A stretch of 64,000 nucleotides of DNA from Eledone cirrhosa (Eukaryota): positions 71,238,001 through 71,302,000 of the forward strand of contig OZ024742.1 in assembly GCA_964016885.1 (NCBI GenBank). The letters are read 5' to 3'. The notes under the pieces are model-generated. The model saw only the letters and a program-made list of their open reading frames with translations. It made no database searches and was not told where the DNA came from. Position 1 is the first letter of the stretch. The number at the start of each line of letters is the position of its first letter. Positions 60,638 through 64,000 of this stretch are shown here, in pieces. Made by a program: the position numbers and the translations under genes.

Positions 60638-60830
60638 TAATAATTGTTTCTACTTTTGGCACAAGGCCAGCAATTACCCAGTGCATTACTGGTACTTTAT
60701 TTTATCATCCCCGTAAGGATGAAAGGCAAAGTTAACCTCGGCGGGATTTGAACTCAGAATGGCAAGGGCTGTAACTCTATGCGTCAAAGCATGGTGTCTG
60801 ACCCTCTACCGATACTGCCAATCCACCGCC
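60638..60830 (-). mobile_element. tRNA-derived SINE with a Meta-domain-like core
   Basis: Minus strand: GGCGGTGGATTGGCAGTATCGGTAGAG (A box)...CTGAGTTCAAATCCCGCCGAGGTTAACTTTGCCTTTCATCC..GATAAAATAAAGTACCAG...AGAAACAATTATTATT tail. Confidence 0.8.
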
Positions 60831-60850
60831 TCTTTCCATATTTTGACAAC

Positions 60851-60920
60851 ATTATGATATAATGATAATTGTTTCTACTTTTGGCACAAGGCCAGCAATT
60901 ATCCCAGTGTATTACTGGTA
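60851..60920. repeat. ~70-bp direct duplicate of 60626-60694 (SINE tail plus flank)
   Basis: ATTATGATATAATRATAATTGTTTCTACTTTTGGCACAAGGCCAGCAATTA..CCCAGTGYATTACTGGTA is present twice. Confidence 0.85.
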
Positions 60921-61056
60921 GTTATCAAAATATGGAAAGTTTGATAACTTTTATTTCAATGACATGCAATCCATCAAGTCCAGAAAAAACAAAATAAACC
61001 TATTCTTGGAGCAAAGTATGTCAGATCATCCTGATTTGTGAACTGGAATATTTCAA

Positions 61057-61471
61057 ATCATCATCATCATCATCAACACCATCTCTACCACTGTTGCCAT
61101 TGCCATCACCACCACAACCATCACAATTTAACATCTGTTCTCCCTGCTATTGATATCAAAGTTTGGATGGGTCATCACAGACAAAATCAGTATTTAAGCA
61201 GGGCAACTGACATTTCAGATGACACTGCAGAGTGGTCATGTTCCCCCACTCTAACAGATGCATTTTATCATGGTACCAACACAAGGGAGGTTATTTTATC
61301 TATGACACAACTGAAGGGCCCTTCCAACTGTTTGTATGACATGTTTTCTACAGCTTGATGCCCTTCCAGCCATTTGTATAGTAGGTTTCCTTCAGCTGGA
61401 TGCCCTTCCAACCCTTTATATAGCAGATTTTCTACAGCTGGATGTCCTTCCAGCCATTTGCATGGCAGGTT
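61057..61471 (-). mobile_element. (CAT)n tail plus a degenerate RTE-tail-like retroelement, with 3 x 42-bp internal repeats
   Basis: A CAT/CAC microsatellite (61057-61125) followed by TTTAACATCTGTT..; TTCTACAGCTGGATGCCCTTCC-like motif repeated three times at 42-bp spacing in 61344-61471. Confidence 0.5.
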
Positions 61472-62387
61472 TAGAACAGCTCGTTGTCTTTCCTATCACA
61501 AACTATTTTACAAACTCCAATTAAATTCACTACTTGAAGACATAAATACAAGATCCTCCTTTAGAATTGTCCAGGCATTCTGTTATATCATTGAAATTCA
61601 GAAACGAATACTGCTTTCTGCTTACATATTCATACTTCAAGACAAAGAAAGGTTCAACGACCCCCGCCAAAATTAATAAAATTGTGTATACAGAGCTTCC
61701 AAACCCATTTACAGAGCCAACTCCCAATAACTTTACAAAAATAAAAGTCAGATTCTCAGGCCCAGTAGAAATGAAATCCCTAATGCATCATGCAAAGAGA
61801 CCTCAAAATACTACAAATGATTTACTAAAAACTTGAGAAGTGATACAGCAGTTAATCTACAAAGATATATTTTCTACATGCAGTTGATAACTGAAATGTG
61901 GTACCATACAACAAGTATATTATGTACAAATACAACTGCTACATTAATACTGGAATTTGATCTTCCATAAACACTGTAAAATATATCCTTAAATAAAGAT
62001 ATAAATGGCCTGATTGCACAGAAGTAAATACATGAGCACAATGTTTTTATTTATAATGAAATTACGCAGTACATAACTGGTTATATCAGTTATCCAGAAT
62101 TAATGTGAAGGTTGCTGGAATTAAAATGCCTGATACATCACATACTGTGATTTGTCTCCAATTATATCTTGATCATCAACAGCCAGTTTACTGAGAGAAA
62201 GACATCTTAAAATTTCTAAACAGAATCCCACTCACTCCTTGTAGCATAGTTCAGACTAAATGAAACTATTAAAGCTGTCAGACAGTATCCCTTCTCTGGA
62301 ATATTTTACAATTGTAAAAATAGAGAATATAATAATCCATTTACGTATGTAGTGCAAAAGAAACAGAAATTCAACTTGAGATTATTA

Positions 62388-62490
62388 TCATTCATTTCAT
62401 TTCATTTCATTTTATGTCCGCCTTTTCCCCTGCTTGCAAGGGTGGGATGGGAACTGATTCTGGCTTGATTTCTACAGCTGGATGCCCTAT
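62388..62490 (-). mobile_element. (CATTT)n tail plus a short fragment of the same retroelement family
   Basis: CATTT repeats, then ATGTCCGCCTTTTCCCCTGC..GGGTGGGATGG..TTTCTACAGCTGGATGCCCT, which shares the motif at 61344-61471. Confidence 0.5.
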
Positions 62491-62667
62491 GTTGAATATA
62501 AAAGGAGTCACAAGCTTCGAGGATATTCACAATAATAATGGTGTTATTCATAACACTTACAAAACAGAAATTTAGTAAATAATGATAAGGAATGGATGTG
62601 ATGTATATCAGAAGCAGTAGAGTTCAGAATGCCTCACTAAATAAGAAAACTGTTTGCCATTATACAT

Positions 62668-62830
62668 GATTGGCAGAATCATTAGGGCATTGAACAAAAT
62701 ACTCTCTCCAGTCTGAGTTCAAATCTTGCTGAGGTCACATTTGAGAAAATAAAATACCAATCAAATACTAAGGTCAATATTATCAACTTTCCACTTCCTC
62801 CAAAACTATTGGCCTAGTGTTTAAATTATA
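62668..62830 (+). mobile_element. SINE, same family as 60638-60830 (internally deleted)
   Basis: GATTGGCAGAATCATTAG...CTGAGTTCAAATCTTGCTGAGGTCAC...AAAATAAAATACCA. Confidence 0.65.
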
Positions 62831-63039
62831 AGCCATTATACAGGGTATGTCAGTTATTTGAGAACAAAATTTTAATTTTAGGAAAACAAAAATATTTATT
62901 AGTGAAACCAGTCTATTGTTATAGAATTTGGTACACATATTTTCACATAGTAAAAGGCTATTCAATAAAACTGCCACCAGCCCTGATACAACTTCTGAAA
63001 TGACTACATACATTTTTATAGGTGATCTTTATTCATATT

Positions 63040-63720
63040 GGCCATAACGTGCCCACTATCAGACACCAACTAGTCCTTGGTATTGTGGACATACTTGTTG
63101 GTCTCCTTCTCAATGACACCCCAGACATAGTATCCCAGGGAATGGGGTAAATCAGGAGAGCTAAGAAGCAAACTGTTTGGGGTAACATAAGCATGAAAAT
63201 TTTCAGCCATCTACTCCTGGGTCATGCAAGCTGTGAGAGAAGGAGCAGTCATGTTGCAACATGTAAGGCCTTTCCCGAGCAACTTTCTTGATCCAGAGCT
63301 TTGCAACCATCTCCAATATCTCAATGTAAGCTGCTGCATTGACCCTAAGACCTTGAGGTAAAAAATGAGTTGGGATGAGGTAAAAAATGAGGAGGCCCTC
63401 TCATTGCTCACGACCCCAAAGACCATCACGGAAAATGGGAACTTAGTGTGCAAAACAGTGGAGACATCAGTGGGGCTGGTGTAGAGCCCCCTGTCTTTCC
63501 TCCTTTTGATCTTGGACAAAGTTCTTTTCAGATGAGCTCCTTGGGGTCCTTGAGTTTGTATGAATATGAATTGCCCTCTTTTCCTAACATTGGATTTATA
63601 CCTGATGTCTTTGTGCACCACATCTGATGGTTGACTCCGAAACATTGACCTGAGGGGCAATGGCCCTCATTGACTTGCTGGGATTCTCATTGATGATGCC
63701 CTGGACTTGCTCATCAAACT
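63040..63720 (-). pseudogene. Decayed Tc1/mariner-superfamily transposase (DD37D/maT-like motifs)
   Basis: Across frames: IINENPSKSMRAIA, HKDIRYKS, HTKFPFSVMVFGVVSNE, LRVNAAAYIEILE, PYMLQHD, MAENFH..TPN....SPDL...LGYYVWGVIEKETNK..HNTKD; multiple frameshifts and deletions. Confidence 0.85.
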
Positions 63721-63814
63721 CTACAATTTCATAAGAAATCGTAGAGTTTGCAGTAGTTTGAGCTGCAGTCTATTCAGGATTTCATAATAAGAAGTGACCC
63801 ACTGTGGATATTGC

Positions 63815-63957
63815 AGCAGTTAAATCCTGCCGAGGTAAAATTGCCTTTCATCATTACAAGGTTGATAAAATAAAGTACCAGTTATGTACTAGGGTTAATT
63901 TAATTGACTGTTCCTTCGCAAATTACTCACTTTGTGCATAAATCTGAAGCCATTATT
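63815..63957 (+). mobile_element. SINE 3' portion, same family as 60638-60830
   Basis: AAATCCTGCCGAGGTAAAATTGCCTTTCATCATTACAAGGTTGATAAAATAAAGTACCAG...CCATTATT. Confidence 0.75.
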
Positions 63958-64000
63958 TATCTGGTGCCTGAATCAACTTAACATTTTTTAATGTATTATT

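Noticed and set aside
60339-61524. ORFs 60339-60617, 61038-61358 (poly-His) and 61336-61524
   Set aside because: Translations of minisatellite and CAT microsatellite sequence.

Overview
AT-rich animal genomic DNA; the SINE, MITE and R4/Dong repeats resemble those I associate with cephalopod (Octopus-like) genomes, which is an inference. About 78% of the window is two large CA-rich satellites: a 30-bp array (1-~26183, running off the left edge) and a nearly G-free 41-bp array (~35145-58741). Nearly all ORFs in the supplied track are artefacts of these repeats. Between them lie a GGT-based compound repeat, an 80-bp MITE, a decayed R4/Dong LINE fragment, and a structurally complete but coding-defective 4,045-bp Ty3/gypsy LTR retrotransposon (194-bp LTRs, GTTAT TSD) inserted into a tRNA-derived SINE. 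The right end holds microsatellites, SINEs, a piggyBac-like MITE, minisatellites and a decayed Tc1/mariner-superfamily transposase. The best lead is that the LTR element has no tRNA primer-binding site. Instead, the 12 nt after its 5' LTR are perfectly complementary to a segment of its own LTR that contains AATAAA, suggesting Tf1-style self-priming and possibly masking of the 5' poly(A) signal. The second lead is that the 41-bp satellite starts exactly at a textbook minus-strand 3' splice site, each full monomer carries a GTATGT donor-like motif, and an RFX X-box lies about 370 bp upstream. No intact host protein-coding gene can be confidently called.
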